From positions 300,275-364,274 of the forward strand of contig JALDTO010000200.1 in the NCBI GenBank assembly GCA_023515725.1: a stretch of DNA of 64,000 bases, given 5' to 3'. Position numbers and translations under genes: made by a program. This document shows positions 22,826-37,412 of the stretch, in pieces (within the stretch, counting starts at the first letter, position 1; every line of letters starts with the position of its first letter). The notes beneath the pieces were generated by a model, which ran no database searches, had not been told where the DNA came from, and was given only the letters and a program-made list of their open reading frames with translations. Source of the DNA: Amoeboaphelidium protococcarum X5. Taxonomy: Eukaryota; Fungi; Aphelidiomycota.

Positions 22826-25800
22826 ATGACTTCAGTAACACCAGTCTCGATTAAGGTGAGCAATTTGAATGTTGCAGTCTCGTCGGGTAAGCGGTTGTTG
22901 AATGACATCAACCTGGAGTTTAAGGCTGGCTCACTTACGGCTCTGATGGGAGGTAGTGGCTCTTCAAAGACATCTCTCCTCAATGTTCTTGCTGGTAGAT
23001 TTCCTCTTCCGTACAGTGGGGAGATATTGTTTAATGGCTAGCGAAAGTCTGGCAAGATTGGCTACTGTCAGTAGAATGATTATCTGCTGCCGTACCTCAC
23101 TGTGAAGGAGACGCTATTTTACTCAGCTAGACTGTTGGTACCTGGTTTAGAACATGCTGAGTATAAATCATTGGTCACCCAAGTTATGCACGAGCTGGAT
23201 TTGACTGAGTGTGCAGATACCATCATTGGAGACTCTTTACAACGTGGTGTATCCGGCGGATAGAGAAGACGTACATCTGTGGCTATTTAATGTTTGTAGA
23301 AATGTTCAGTTATATTTCTGGATGAGTGTACTAGTGGACTGGACGCTTATATGGCTCTTCATCTAGTACAAGTGCTGAAGAGATTGGCTGTAGACGGTCA
23401 CACTATTGTAATGAGCATTCATTAGCCAAGGAGAGATATTTTCGACCTGCTGGACAATGTCGTACTTCTCTCATAAGGCAGTTTATGTTATGCTGGTGCT
23501 ACTACTGAAGTGGCGTCTTATTTTGATTCACTAGGATTGAAGTGTCCTGTGGAGTAGAATATCGCAGACTTTATAGTTGACTGTTCGTCTATTGATGGAA
23601 CGTCGCCTCTGATGGAAGAGTAATCTTTAGTAAGAGTCAAGATGCTCATAGATTAATGGAAGTCATCTTAATCTGATAAAGAAATTCATGCAGATTCTGA
23701 GACGTAGAGGTAGGAATCTGCCGATAGTGCGTCTAAAGGTCCACTGTAGCAACAAGAAATTCCAAAGGGTCAGAGATCATTTATAACTAAATTTTTTGAA
23801 GAAACTATGATCCTAACTAGTAGAGGCTTTGTAAACTTGAAGAGAGACTTTTTGGGCACCTTTGGAATGTTTATGGCTGATATTTTGATTGCTGTGCTGA
23901 TGGGTCTTATTTTCTACTAGTTACCTGTGAGTGCTGATGGTATTAGATCTAGAGCTGGAGCGGCGTATGCAGTGTCTGGTCTTAAGCCGTATTTGTACTT
24001 GATTTTGGACATTTACAGACTCTCTGATGAGATGCGTATTTTTGATCGTGAGCGCAAAGATTCCTTCTATGGTGTTTGTTCATATCTAACCTCGAGCTTT
24101 ATTGTCAACTTTCTGCCTCGCTCTCTGTCTCACGTAGCTTTTACGACTATAATGTTCTTCCTTACTGATTTGCGACCGGTATTCGGATGGATATTCTTTC
24201 TTAGGTACACTGCTGTTAACTTGATGCATTCATGGCTCTTGATATCCATGGCTTGGGCTGCTATTTCTATCTCTCGTGATTTCAGTGTATCTTCTTTAAT
24301 CGCGAATACGTTTGTGAGCTTTCTTACATTATCCTGTGGTTTCTTTATCAATACGGCTGATTTGCCTGTATATGTGGCATGGATTAGATATGTATCGTCA
24401 TTTTGGTATACTTATCGTGCGAGCTTGTCTGCAGCTCTGACTGATGTGGATTTCGCCTCACCTGGAGATGGAAACGCATTCTTGTTGACGTAGGAGAGTG
24501 AGCCCAATTACTTTGGTGATGCGATTTGGCATTAAGCTTTGATTTGGCTTACCACAGCTTCTGTCTGTGTTATACTGCTTCATGTTAAAGTTCCTCAAGT
24601 GTCGTATAAGAATAATCAGGTGAAACACAAGTCAACCAAAGTTCATCCTCTTGAATCATCCCTTCCAGGCAATTTATAACCTGAAGTGTAAAAAGTTGTG
24701 GAAATTGATGAAATCAGAAAAGCACCACTGATAGTTGTACGCAATCTCAGTCTCAGAGTGGAGAAATTCCGTGAATAAAAGATCATCCTAAGTGATGTGA
24801 GCACTTGGTTCTAGCCTGGTTAATTGAATGTTATCCTTGGCTCTTCAGGCTCAGGCAAGAGTTCCCTGTTGAATACTTTGGCCGGCCGTTTGCATTCCAA
24901 CTCTTTTAATAGATTCGTCACTTCAGGATCTATTGACTATATTATTGACAATAAGAAGATCCGTGTTAGTAACACACAAATGAAGCGCTTTATCTCCTAC
25001 GTTACGTAATTTGATGATCGGCTTTTACCATCGCTGACTGTTCGTGAGACTTTGACGTTTGCTGCCATGCTCAGAATGCCTAGTGCCATGTCTACAGAGA
25101 ATAAGCGCAGAAGAGTGGAGGAATTGATTCAGATGCTCGGTTTGAAGGAGTGTGCAGATACTTTTGTCGGCAATGAGTTTATCAAGGGTATCTCTGGTGG
25201 TCAGGCACGAAGATTATCCATAGCAATTCAGCTTTTGATGGATCCATACGTCCTGCTGTTGGATGAGTGCACAACCGGACTAGATGCATTTAATGCGAGA
25301 AATGTTATGCTACTCTTAAAGTAAATTGCAAGTGGGGAGTTGACTGGCAGACAGTGCACTGTCATATGTACTATTCACCAACCGTAATCTGAAATTTACA
25401 CGGCTATTGATAACATCCTACTGCTGGCAAAAGGAAGTCAAGTCATATACAGTGGATCGCGCCAAGAAATGCTGCCCTTCTTTGAATCTAATGGCCATCA
25501 ATGTCCAGAGATGACGAATCCTGCTGATTTTGTACTTGATGTCTCTGTAAAGCATAGAGATTTGTTTAAAGTATCAGCAGCGGATAGCGGCGCCGTAACT
25601 TAATACCAAGAAAGTGCAATCAATAATTTAGATGTTTCCAAGCCGTCTGATGTATCCTTGATACCAACTTTGCTGAAGAGGAGTTATCTTAACATTTTCA
25701 GGCAGTCAAGTCTTGTTATAGCTCGCTTGTCTTAAGTGGTTGCTTTCGGTGCGGTACTAACGCTGAATTTTGCCCCTCTCAGAGATGGACAGAGTTCTAT

Positions 25801-26512
25801 TCAGACGAGATTTGGAGTGATTTAGGAACATTTGGCATTGCAGTTTGTCGGCCTTTTGAACAATCTTGCGGTTTATCCACAGTAAAGAAACTCATTTTAT
25901 GAAGAGTATGAAGAAGGTGTTGTAGGGACGTTGGCCTTTTAGCTGGTTTATCTTTTAACTGAATTGCCGTTTGAAATTTTGTCAAGTATGATATTTGTTC
26001 TCATTACTGATTACGCTGGTGGATTCCAAATGGATGTACCAACCTTCTTCAAGTATTCCTTAGTAGCATTGACACAAGTATCTGTGGGCGAATCAGTTGG
26101 TATCATATTCTGCACATTTTTTATGCATTCAGGCATAGCTGTCTCGTTTACTAATCTAATACTGAGTCTTTTATCTTTCCTCTCTGGTATTGTCAATGTT
26201 AACATTGCTGTTGTCTGGAACTACATCAATAAAGTAACGCCTACATTTTATGGAGCGCAGGTTATGGTATAGCGTGAATTTGATAATATTACTTTTACAT
26301 GCACTGATTCTGAATTACTCACCATTCCACTACCTGGTGGTGATTTATTGTAAAGATGTCCGATTTAGAATGGCAGAGAAGCTCTGGAAGCTTATAACTT
26401 GGACCAGACTGATTACTCTATCGATCCACTGATTGCATTGGTGGTGTGCCTAGCTGCGTATCGCGTACTGGCCTGTGTCGTAATGCTGGTGGTGATGCGC
26501 TTTAGAAAGTGA
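22826..26512 (+). CDS. Full-size ABCG transporter (NBD-TMD-NBD-TMD, YOL075C-like)
   Basis: Two Walker A motifs (GGSGSSKT, GSSGSGKS), signatures VSGGQ and ISGGQ, two LDECT.GLD, SIHQP and TIHQP, two TM blocks. Confidence 0.93.
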
Positions 26513-26759
26513 TTCTGTTTGAAAAAGAATACAATTGAGTTATGAAATGTGATGTCGCTGCATGTCAGTCATCTCTTTAAATGGCATTAAATGCTAGTCT
26601 ATATCATGAGTGATATTACCAGTCATTCATAGTAAAGACGCATGACACTTTACTTTTAAAATTCGAACAATACTTGAAAAATTAAGTTCCGAAAGCACAT
26701 GACTTGCATTGACTATCAACCAGATAGAAAATTTATTTGATTACATTTTAAAAGAAATC

Positions 26760-28589
26760 AAATTTCCTAATAGCAGGCACAGCCTTGTTTACACGTTGCA
26801 CTTCCAGAGACACTACAGATAACAGCTCAATCCTCAATACTTGCGCGACAGCTCAATCATCTAACATCTCTTCCACATACGAGGCCAGAACTTGACACAA
26901 CACTGTGCATCGGAGCATAAATGAAGATAAGTTAGAATGGAGAGACCGAGAATTGCATGTTCAGTCTTTTAGTATCGGTGGGGAATGAGCTGAAGGAAGC
27001 ATCCAACTTTCAAGTCAACTTGAGTAGCTCTAACAACTCATTAAGCATATGGATGCTTGATACATATCATTGCATATCTTTGATCACTCATGATGACTGT
27101 GTATCATACATGACTCTGAGTCCCATGCCAACTTCTCCTTGTCGCGGTTCACGGAATACTTGTATTTCTAAATACCGCCTTTGATTGTGCCAAATATTTC
27201 CCAGTACTGGAACATTTCTTCCATCTCCGGTATCACCTGCGTCCGTCCTTATCTTATCTCTTCCGATTGCCAATACGTTCCACAGCACATTGCCCAGTGG
27301 TCTACAATATGACCATGAATAATCTTGGCCTACCAAGTCTTCTACAATCTCCTCAGGTAAATTGCAATAATTCGCAATTCTAAACGGACCCGGAGTATCA
27401 CGGACCAACACCACTCGTGATCGTTCAAATATCTGATCAACAGACGTTTTAAGACTACATGCAATCTCAACTGGATGTTTCTAGGCATGTAGCATCGTCA
27501 ACATCTTTATCTCATGTTTCATGATCCAGCTTTACGACCTTGTTCTTGGCAAATTGGCCTGGTTCTAGTCACTCGTCCTTCTCCGGTATCTAAAATTACA
27601 CTATGCTCTGCACACCACTCACTTCAGGCGATGCAAGCAAGCTCTTCCGATGACTATCATTAGGAAGAAAATATGCACCATATCACCTTAATCAATTTCA
27701 ATATCAAGATACTAGAATTGAGTCAGTTTCTCATGACAGCTATAACACGTATCTACTACCATTAACTTTAAGTCGTCCGATTCACTAGATTCATAAAATC
27801 ATTACGAGTCTCTTGCTGTTACGTGAACCACATTTTAACTTCCAATACCAGAATTGCAATCACCCTCACTAAATTCAAGCATAATTAACACTAGGATATA
27901 CCTGTTACTGAAAGCGATGTGAAAACTCAACTATAACCGGCAGTCGAACCAACTATGCGTTATCTTGCAACATTGACTGAAACTTACAGCAGGAAAGGAA
28001 GTCCTTTTAAAACTTCACTACCACAGCAACCAACTCATGGCAGATAAGTTTATCTTGCTCACGCAGAGTAGAGCAATCAATTCTTCATTCAAATATATTA
28101 AATCGTATAAAGAACGTCGGAGCTACTTCCAAACCGAGTCCAGCTGTGTGACGACCAATCAGCCAGCAGAACACTTAAACGAAACCATGGCCCCAGTTCC
28201 AGCAGGTAGAACAAATTTTTATCAGATCTGGTTTTGTTGGCATTTAGCACGAAAGTATTCCAGAATATCAAGTTCTGAAAGTCACTCCTATGGCTCTCAG
28301 CAGTAGGCATTTCGTTCTCACAGCACTTGTAATAATACGCGACATTGCAGGTCTCACGGTCAGTATTCTCATTCTCTCCAACTCTATGCTGCCAATGAGT
28401 GCGCACCAAGATTCCGCAGGAGGAAAATTAATGATTCTAGTCACCTTCCTTGAAACCAAAAGCGTAACCTAGATTGGGCCTTAGCTTTCTTCGATAAGTA
28501 GACGGTAGTTTATAAAACTTCAATTCATTACACGCCATGCCCGCCAGTACGAACGACAATAAGCCGAGAGACGCAACACTTCTTTGCAT
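26760..28589 (-). pseudogene. Degenerate gene for a putative secreted protein
   Basis: Signal-peptide-like start MQRSVASLGLLSFVLAGMAC at 28589, open ~166 codons, then coding-like segments broken by TGA and frameshifts. 3' end uncertain. Confidence 0.35.
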
Positions 28590-29422
28590 TCTCTCACACT
28601 CTCTAAAGTTTTACTAATTGAATGTCTGATGCATTGTAATGTTGTTTAAATCATATTGTAGTAAAATGCATTCAATTCTATTCCATTTATGCTACAGTGA
28701 AAGACCACTCTAGTCACAATATGATCACTAACATCCAATGTAAGTTTTATAAACTTTCAATACTTGCACGACAGTCAATAAGTCCAGCATTTACTGCACT
28801 TTAATTAGTGTTGGATAGCATAAAGTATTGTGGGTAGAGCCCGCCCAGGTAAAGACCCGGAAGTTGTATCAATAATATACACAAATGTTATTCTTGTAGA
28901 CACTTCTTAAGAGAGTATACGGCGATCCGAGATCTTCTTAGAGCGATCAGGGGGCAGACTGCTTGTCTACATCTTAGAATTTCACCAAAACTCGGTTTGA
29001 TGGCGTAAAACTCATTCAACACATGAAGTAGACGATTCGCTACAGACTGAGAGTAGTTGGAGCGATAGAGCTCGGCGACTCGCAACGTGCGGCGATGAGG
29101 ACAATCTGTCAGCGCTTAAGATCAAGAGAAATCAGTTCTGATTCAAATAGGAAGAAAATCTGGAAACAGCATGCTCTATTTGCGTTGATTCCAAGTAATA
29201 ACCATTATCTAAATTTATTCATTTCGTATTTTAAAGAGCTGCGATACTTTTGTGATGCATAATGTATGCGATGAATGATTTCCAGCATTGTAAACTGCCG
29301 TGAATTTCGTTCTCGTTTCCTTTTCCTTCAGGCGTTTTATATTACTTTGCCTGTTTTAAAGTAACACTTTGAGCATCTAAATTCTAGTGTTATTATCACT
29401 CTCATTATATCTCTTACTAATT

Positions 29423-32400
29423 ATGTCTTCATCATCAGCATAATATTCATCCAGACAGTCTCCAGCAGCTTATATAGATGAAGACGAGGAGTACGATTTT
29501 GATGCAGATGAAGATTACGATGAAGAGGCTCTGGTCAAACAGCGAAACATGCTAGTTGAGAAAGTAGGTCACTGCTATATAATATTTACTGAGTATAAAC
29601 ATTTATTTTATATTGTTTTATAAATAATATCTATTGTAGATTAATAAAATTCAGGAGCAGATTTCAAAAGAGAATAAGATGAAGTTGGCCATTGAGAACA
29701 TGCTCTCTCTGTATAAGGACCCCGATGCTGCCAAAGATGTCTAGAGTCAACTTAATACTGTAAATGCCAAGATAGCCACACTCTTAAAGTAGCAGGAGAG
29801 TCTGCGAAGTCATGATAATATACAGACTAATAAGCGTAGAAGTCGCAAGAGTACTGTTGCATCAGATGGTGATTCTATTATTCAGCTGCGAAAGTCCACC
29901 ACAGTGAGCCATATGCCTGCTAATTGGAAGCATGAGCTGAGCCATTTTAAAGGCGGTGAGACTGTGAGTGGAGCTAACGTTAGACAGGCCAGGAAGCGAC
30001 CAAATTTGAATATTATGAAGGGAATTCTGCCTAACCTTTAGGATGCTCTTCAGAAGGTGAATGCTCGGTTGGAGAATGCCCAAGATCGTCTGGATGGTGC
30101 CAACAATCTATTTAAAATCCTAAAAAGTACCAAGCACGAACTAAGTCAACATAATGAAGATATTATGAAGGCTGCTTTCGTATGCCTGGATGATTTTGCT
30201 CAAGAACTCAGGGCCGTCGGCTATCGTATATTGAGATATCTCATCAATGACACCACTATCATGAAGAGTTTATGGCACTATGGCCTTGAATTCTATATTC
30301 TGAAAGCTTTGGTTCGTGACCAGAAAGGCGAGATTGAGAGGGAGTAGGCATTTAAGCTTGTGCGAGCTTTCATTGATGTTCACGGTGGATTGAAGTTTCT
30401 ACCTCGTGGTGTTATTTCTGTGTTGATTTCCGTGGCAGAGTAGGGGGATGATAAATTCAAGAATCTGGCTCTGGTTACGCTTTGTGAAATCAGTGTCAAA
30501 GACTTGTAACTCCTTTCGTATTGCGGTTCTTAGAGAGTCGTATTCTAGCAGCTTCTGGATGGAACTTCGAATATGTTGCAGTTTGCCGTGCCTGCCATCT
30601 TGAGTTTTGTTGATAGTCCCGATACTCGCCGCTTTGTCCGGCCTTTTATTGAGATTGAGGCATTGGTATCTAATTTTACTGATGCTTAGATAAAGTCGCT
30701 CTAGTAATAGCAACAGCAGCAGCAGTAATAGTAAGGCTAGTAGTAAGCCTAGTAATAATAGCAATAGTAATAGTAGTAACAATAGGGTGGAAATAATTCA
30801 GATTTACTGCAAGTTGGCGAATAGAATATTGCTTAGTGTTGTCGTGCTTTGGCTTTGATGTTGAGCACTTGGACGGGATTAATTTATATGCTCGGCCCGC
30901 AATCTTCTCCTACTCCTTGGTGTGCTTAGTATATCGTCGATGCTCTAGCTCTTCCATATGATGAAAACAAGAAACTGATTCTAGATATGCTTTTGGAGCT
31001 CTTTGGCATTCATATTCCTCGCTGGCTGCCAGATTTGGTCTTTGCCAATAGCAAGAGTGTAGTCCGCGCCAACAACGCTTTGGAGAATCTCAAGTTTTAA
31101 CGTCGATCTGCGCACCAGGCAGAGCGTAATACTGTGACGCGGTAGTTCCTGTTAAACTAGCATATGTCTCTGTTGCTACAGATATTTATCAACGCCGGTT
31201 TGATTGAGGTATTGATGATGACATGTGAGCAATCTGCAAGATACATTGCGGCGAAAGCTGTTATTCTTTTAAGAGAGCTGCTGTTTATGTGCAGTAAATA
31301 CTTGCCTAGGGATCAGGTGGCTCAGCTGTATGCTCTTCCAATGTTGTTTAAAGAGGCCAGCAAGTTTGCTCCCAATGATCTAAACTTGTAAGCTATATCT
31401 GCCTTAGTACATATTGATAAGGACGGAGTGTACTTTAGTTCTGCTGCTGCTGTATCGTAATTTTAATATCAAGATGGTTGCGTTCATTAAAGCCAGGCTA
31501 ACAATTAGCAGAACATATCATAGACATCTTCCGTGGTTAGCACCAAGATTGCCGGCTCTATTGATGATTTATCCCTCAAGGCAATGATCACTGACTGTCA
31601 GATTTTACTTACAAAAGATTACAAGTGTTGGAACTGGGATCTTATCGGTCAAGTACTTGTCGGACCGCTTATGTTCAGCAATCGCTTTGAGGATGTGATG
31701 AAGACGACCAAGTTTGTTAAAAGACTGCTGGCCTTCTTTAGACCTGATAACAAACGATTTGCAGATATGAAGAGTGGCAAAGGTGCACAGGCGTATATTA
31801 CTGTATTATTCGATTTGTTTTCATTACTGTTGGGTAGTAGTGAGGGTGTCAAGTATCTCGGCGCTAATAAGTTCATGCGCAGTTTGCACAAGTGTCTCAC
31901 TGAGTTGGATCCCAGTGCTAGGATTGTATCTAATGATGAGCCTGTATTCTCTAGGGAGCATCTGGAGAAGACAGTTAGTAGTATGTACTTTAATCTCATT
32001 GGATTTATGTCGAGGGATGAGAACGGCTTAAGACTATTGGAAGGTTGTCATATATTCTCGAGCTTGTACAAGCTGTGCGATTTGAAGAGTAGAGATGATA
32101 TAAAGAGGCTGATTGTTACGAATTTGGATTGTTCCATTAATGGTCATGCTCGTATTATCATTCAGAAGATTCTATCATCTGGCTATAAAAAGACGCGATT
32201 ACTTGCCACAAAGTACCTGAAGCATGTTAATTACGACTCGTCATCACCTTCTGGAAAGAGATGGCTCTTTAAAGTCTTGGTATCGTAGCTCTATGATCCG
32301 TCCATTGAGGTCTGTGAGTAGGCCGTATCAATACTGTTGGCTAAATGTCGGTCTGATGGCGATGTTCGTTTGATTATTAATCTACGGCCTCAACTTGAGC

Positions 32401-33911
32401 ACTTGGCTGGCTCTGGCAATCCTCTGATTCTCAAGCTATTACAGGTTACTGAAGGATATTAATATCTGCAGATTACTTCGTACATTGAGAGAGAATTACA
32501 TTTCTGGAACAAGGTCGGTAATTTGCGCTATGTAGTCGAGCTTGAGTTGGCTCTCAGTGAAGGCAATAAGCTGGTGCACTATGATGATTATAATCCAGTT
32601 TAAAGACCGTCCTCCCCTCAAATGTAGAATAATAAGTATACTGGTGGACTTGGAGATAGTGCAAGCCACTCTGGTAATAGTGCTGTGATTAGCCAAGGAG
32701 ATGATACTCCTTCGATGCCTGTTCATTTCTTTAGTGCTCTGTGCTAAACACAGCAAGGATGCAGCTTTTTGCGTTAGACTGGATACATTGCATAAAGTTT
32801 GGGAATATTGAAGCAATTTCTCACCTTATAATTCCCAAATCATGATCAGGTTCTAAAGTGCAAAAGTATTCTATGGGCACTGGGTAATATTGGTTCTGGT
32901 GAGCTTGGTGCAGGGCTTCTGAAGGAGGAAGGAGCGATCAAAGTTATTTTTGAGTATGGCAAGTAGGTGTCTGTACTGTCTTTGAAAGGAACTTCAGTCT
33001 TGGTGTTAGGTCTGATCTCACTAACTTTGGTTGGGAGACGGTGTTTGGTTAATTATGGGTGGTAGTTGAGTGCGTGTGATGATGCAGTAATCTATTCATT
33101 TCCTTCTAATTGGAAAGAGTATTTATCCATTCCTCAGTGGTAGTTTCATAATTTTCAGATGGATGAACCTACTGCTGAAGTATATAGTCAATTTCAAGGT
33201 GTTGAATTGGATATTATCAAGCATATCGGTAATCTGAGTAATCATGTTCTAGCTAGTGCCTCGTCCAAGTAGTTGAGTAAGCTTCGTATGGAGAAGCCGT
33301 ACATGTTTAGCGATATTAATCTCTTTGTAAAAGTGATGAAATTTGTAAATTCTTACCATTATAGACTGACGCCAAGGCGATTTATTCATGATCTGTTTGA
33401 TGCGGTTGATTTTAATCAATAGAATGGCGGCATCGTTGGTATGACTCTCTCTGATAATAGCTTCACACGGGATTCAGTTGCCGTCTATATGGCTGAATAG
33501 GCTGCAATTGCCTCGTAGAAAGCCTCAACCGCTGCTTCTGGTGGTACAAATTACGCTGCATAGACTGGGAGTAAACGAATTTCTACCGCGTCTGCAAGAA
33601 GAAGATCTACTCTGCATTAGTACCAGAACAATGTCGGCGGAGGGGGTGATTAGAATGAAGTAGCTGGACGTGGGAACTAAGTCGGCGGTGGTGGTGGCGA
33701 TACTAATCAAGATGGGAATGCAGACGCGGATGATTAGTCGCAGTAGCCGCAGCAAGATGGTGATAACAAATAAAAATTTAAACCGGCGCAGTAAAAATTT
33801 GGATTTGCTCTGTCTTCTAACGGCAATGGTAGTAGTAATGTCGGAGGTCCGAATAGTAAACTGGTTACTAATTCTTAAAGCTAGAACAAGACTAAAAGCG
33901 CTGTGTTATGA
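29423..33911 (+). CDS. RICTOR: TORC2 subunit Rictor/Avo3 with N-terminal HR1-like domain; intron 29564-29639
   Basis: RAVGYRILRYL, EREQAFKLVRAF, WNWDLI, KFVKRLLAFFRP, QLYDP, LWALGNIGS; GTAGG...TGTAG intron; polyQ insertion ~30690-30785. Confidence 0.92.
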
Positions 33912-34159
33912 AGATTATGATTGCGTCTGTCCTCAAATCTACTGTTTTTAATTAATGCTTCACCTATCTGTACCTGTGATTACTGTTGTAGATGATGAAT
34001 GTCCGTTCGTATAAAGCTGAGAAGATGAATAAAGTGTGAAATGTTTCAACGCGCGCGCTCTCTCTCTCTCTCTTTCTCTCTTACATCTCTTAGCCTTTTT
34101 CCGGTACGGAATAGATTCGATCCAGTTTGATGCTGTTATAGTGAATAGAGACGGCTGTT

Positions 34160-37100
34160 ATGTTCACTTTGAGCAATTTAGTTTAGAGTTTTGTGCATGG
34201 AATTTTGTTTACTATTTTTATATAGATCATTTTGCTGTATTATTGGGTTTATAAGCCATTTAAATCATTGAATGATGGTAATGCATTTAATGCTTATTCA
34301 GATGGACATAATAATGAATGCGGCCGTGATGAAGATATGAAAAATCAAGATTTTAAGCGGGAGTAAGAGGAATGGCCACCTGGTATAAGACAGTACTTGA
34401 AGAATATTCTCAATTGCGATAATAATTCCAAGTCCTCGTAAAGTAATGAATGTAACATCGATTGGATCAATGCTATAGTACATCGATACTTTTTAATTTG
34501 CCGATCCTCTGAAGTATTTAGAATTAAAATCTGCTAGAAACTGTTGACTCGTCTTAATGCCAAGCTGCGTGGACCGAATAGTATTGTGTAAGAGATTAGT
34601 ATTGCTGATTACTCCCTCGGCTCTGAGTGTCCTATTGTACATTCAGTGCGATTAGTACAGCAATCCTCAAGCTTCAAGTCGTCTTCATTGACTAACACGA
34701 AGGATCTAGATGTGATTATAGAAGCTGATGTTGAGTATGCCGGTGGATGTAGACTGAAGATTGTGGCCAGTTTGAATTTGGGCATTAAAGTTCCAGTGTC
34801 CATATAGTTGAATGGATTTCGAGGTCGGTTATAGATTAGAGTTCCCGCACCGTATCGTAAATTCTGTTATGCTATTGCATTTACTCAAGATCCAGGTTTT
34901 GATTTTAGTGTTGAGACGTCCGTGGTGCGGCGAGATTATGAGTTTGTGATGAAGGATGTGCTTACAAAGTTCATGTCTCGTAAATTGAAGTAGATGATGT
35001 TGCAGTCTTTTGTATTGCCTCAGTGGCGAGCATTTGAACTTCCTGTTGTTAATTATCGTCCGATTATAATTCCAGAATTAGAGGCTCTACTAGGATTTAG
35101 TAATGTGGATCTGCTTTCTCAAGTATAGTCTGATCTATAGTAGATGAAGAGTGGACGATAGAATTCCCCCTCCTCTGATAATAATAGTAAAGACTTGATG
35201 GTCGCCTCTACTATATATGGTGATTAAGAAGGATCGTCATCATAGTTGTAGTAATAATAACCATTAAAGTCTGACAGTGCAGTTAGCGTCACTTCTGATT
35301 AAAATGTAAATGTGGAGACCAGTTCTGTTAATAATAATGGCAGTGGTGGGTTGAGTAATATTAGAAATAGAAGACTTCCGACTCTGAGTTCTTTATCTCT
35401 GAACCTCTATAGACAGTAGCAATAGTCTCAAAAGTCCAATCAAAATGCTCAAGAGATAGAAGGTGAAGATAAGGACAACTCTAATGTTTAGAGTGGTAGT
35501 GTTAGATCTTCTTCCTTTATACTTGGCCGCAAGAATGTTATTGGCGATTCCAAGTTGAACTTTGGCAATAGCAGAAGGCGGAGTAGTTTGAATAATGACA
35601 TTTTGATAGACAGATGCTTCCCTGTTACAAGTGTTATAACTTGGTAAAACTACGAGAGATATGCAGAACAGTTGGTGGATTAATTCGTTTAGCTCTGTCT
35701 TGAAAATAATGCGTACTTTACTGCTAATGTACAACTAGGCGATGATGCAGACTAATCTTATGCAGATGATTAGAATCATTAGCATATAAATAATTGGCTG
35801 TCTTAGTACTGGAGCACGTAGCGGAACAAGAGAGATGTGTTTATGCAACGTAAGTCTGTATAAATTCCTTTGGGAACAACTGGCGCAAATAGCTTGATCT
35901 AATCACAATAGTCACAGTAGACCGCTTCTTCTGCTTCGACTGTATGGAAGAGTGAGGCTTATAGATCATCGTTTATTTTGAAATAGTACAATGCTGATCT
36001 CTGCTTTAAAGTTGTGGAGAATATCGAGCATCTTCGCCACGTTGAAGATTCGTTTGTGGAATCCAAGATTACATAGATGTTTAATAACAAGAATTAGGAG
36101 GATAATGCTAATTCATAGTCTCAGGTAAATACAACCGGCGATGTTAGTGTAAATTACAACTCTTTACCACGTAGTTAGCGATATAATTGTCGTCTGGTTG
36201 CTCTCAAGTTCACCACTGGTCGAGGTGAGGATATATCTCAGTTTTATACAATGTGTGTCACTAAACGCGTATCGATCGATGGCATTACTGGCTTTGTCGT
36301 TGTCTACCGCTCTTGTTCTCCCACTTCTTCTGTAAATGCTGGGATTAGTAATAACCCATCTAATACATCTGATAGCACTACCTCTAGTGACCCTGTGTAA
36401 GTCAATGAGCATAGTGGTTCAATTCCCCGGACTTAATCGATGCCCACGCAGGGATAATAGTTGCAGAGACAGCTTGACTCTTAAGCGATAGTCAAGCAAA
36501 AGTCCGACATTGATTCTGTTAGTAATAGTTTAACTCCGTCGACTTCTAATAAACAAATGATGGATGATGAAAGTCAATTGCCTGTGATGAACATTTTTGG
36601 TTATTTAGTTCTACCTATTCATGGTGATAATAACAGAGCTGACGCCACTGGTCAGAGTGTAGGAGGTGGCGGCTGCTTGGTGATTAATCTATCGTCTTTT
36701 GGATCAACGCGACTCTCAAAGTTGGAGGTGAACTGGCCAAGATCATTCAAGCTGAAAAGTTTTATTGAAGAGCTTGCCGGATGGACTCAGTTGACTTCTC
36801 CGAGATCTCCCACTATGAGCTCTTCTGATTTGCCTTCTTCTATATCTGCCAACTCTTAGGTGGCAAGTGCTGGGCGGAGGCGCACCACAGATCAAAGAGG
36901 AGGAGTTGGTCAGCGATTTCCTAATCGTTCCAAGAGTGAGATGGTGAATAGATAAAATGATTAATCTAGAGGCGAGATGATGGATGATGGCCAGGGTGAT
37001 GATAGTAATTAGAAGCAGCCTTCATTATAGTCACTGTCCTCATCATCCATTACTACTACAAGTGATAAATGGAAACAGCAACTGGTTGGTTATTCTTAGA

Positions 37101-37315
37101 GCATAAAGTAGTACGTCAAGTCCAAGAATTCAAGTAAGCGGTAACTAGTTTCTCCATAGTCTTCTTCATCATCGTCAACTACTGGACATGTATCTTCGCA
37201 GTCTGCCAACAACATTCCGTTAATTTCAGGTAATATGCGGAGTAAAGAGAGCGTGTAGGAAGAGGATACAGAGCAAGGTCCAGTTCAAGAGAGAAAACAC
37301 TCTGGCGGTTAGTGA
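34160..37315 (+). CDS. ER-anchored SMP-domain lipid-transfer protein (PDZD8/Mmm1-like) with a probable START-like domain
   Basis: N-terminal TM helix; SMP motifs DWINAIVHRYF, DYSLGSECP, DVEYAGG, IAFTQDP, FVLPQWR; same frame to TGA 37313-37315. Confidence 0.75.
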
Positions 37316-37412
37316 ATTTGCATCTTGTTGATATCTTAAATCTCACGGGAGAAAAATTGATTGAGTATAAACATGTCATTTACTTATAAATTCTATATCA
37401 ATTTTTTTTTGT

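Noticed and set aside
1413-37315. Functional cluster of membrane-traffic and lipid genes (Exo84, Drs2, epsin, tricalbin, ABCG, Rictor, SMP protein)
   Set aside because: These are large common gene classes with no shared regulatory signal seen; chance cannot be excluded without synteny data.
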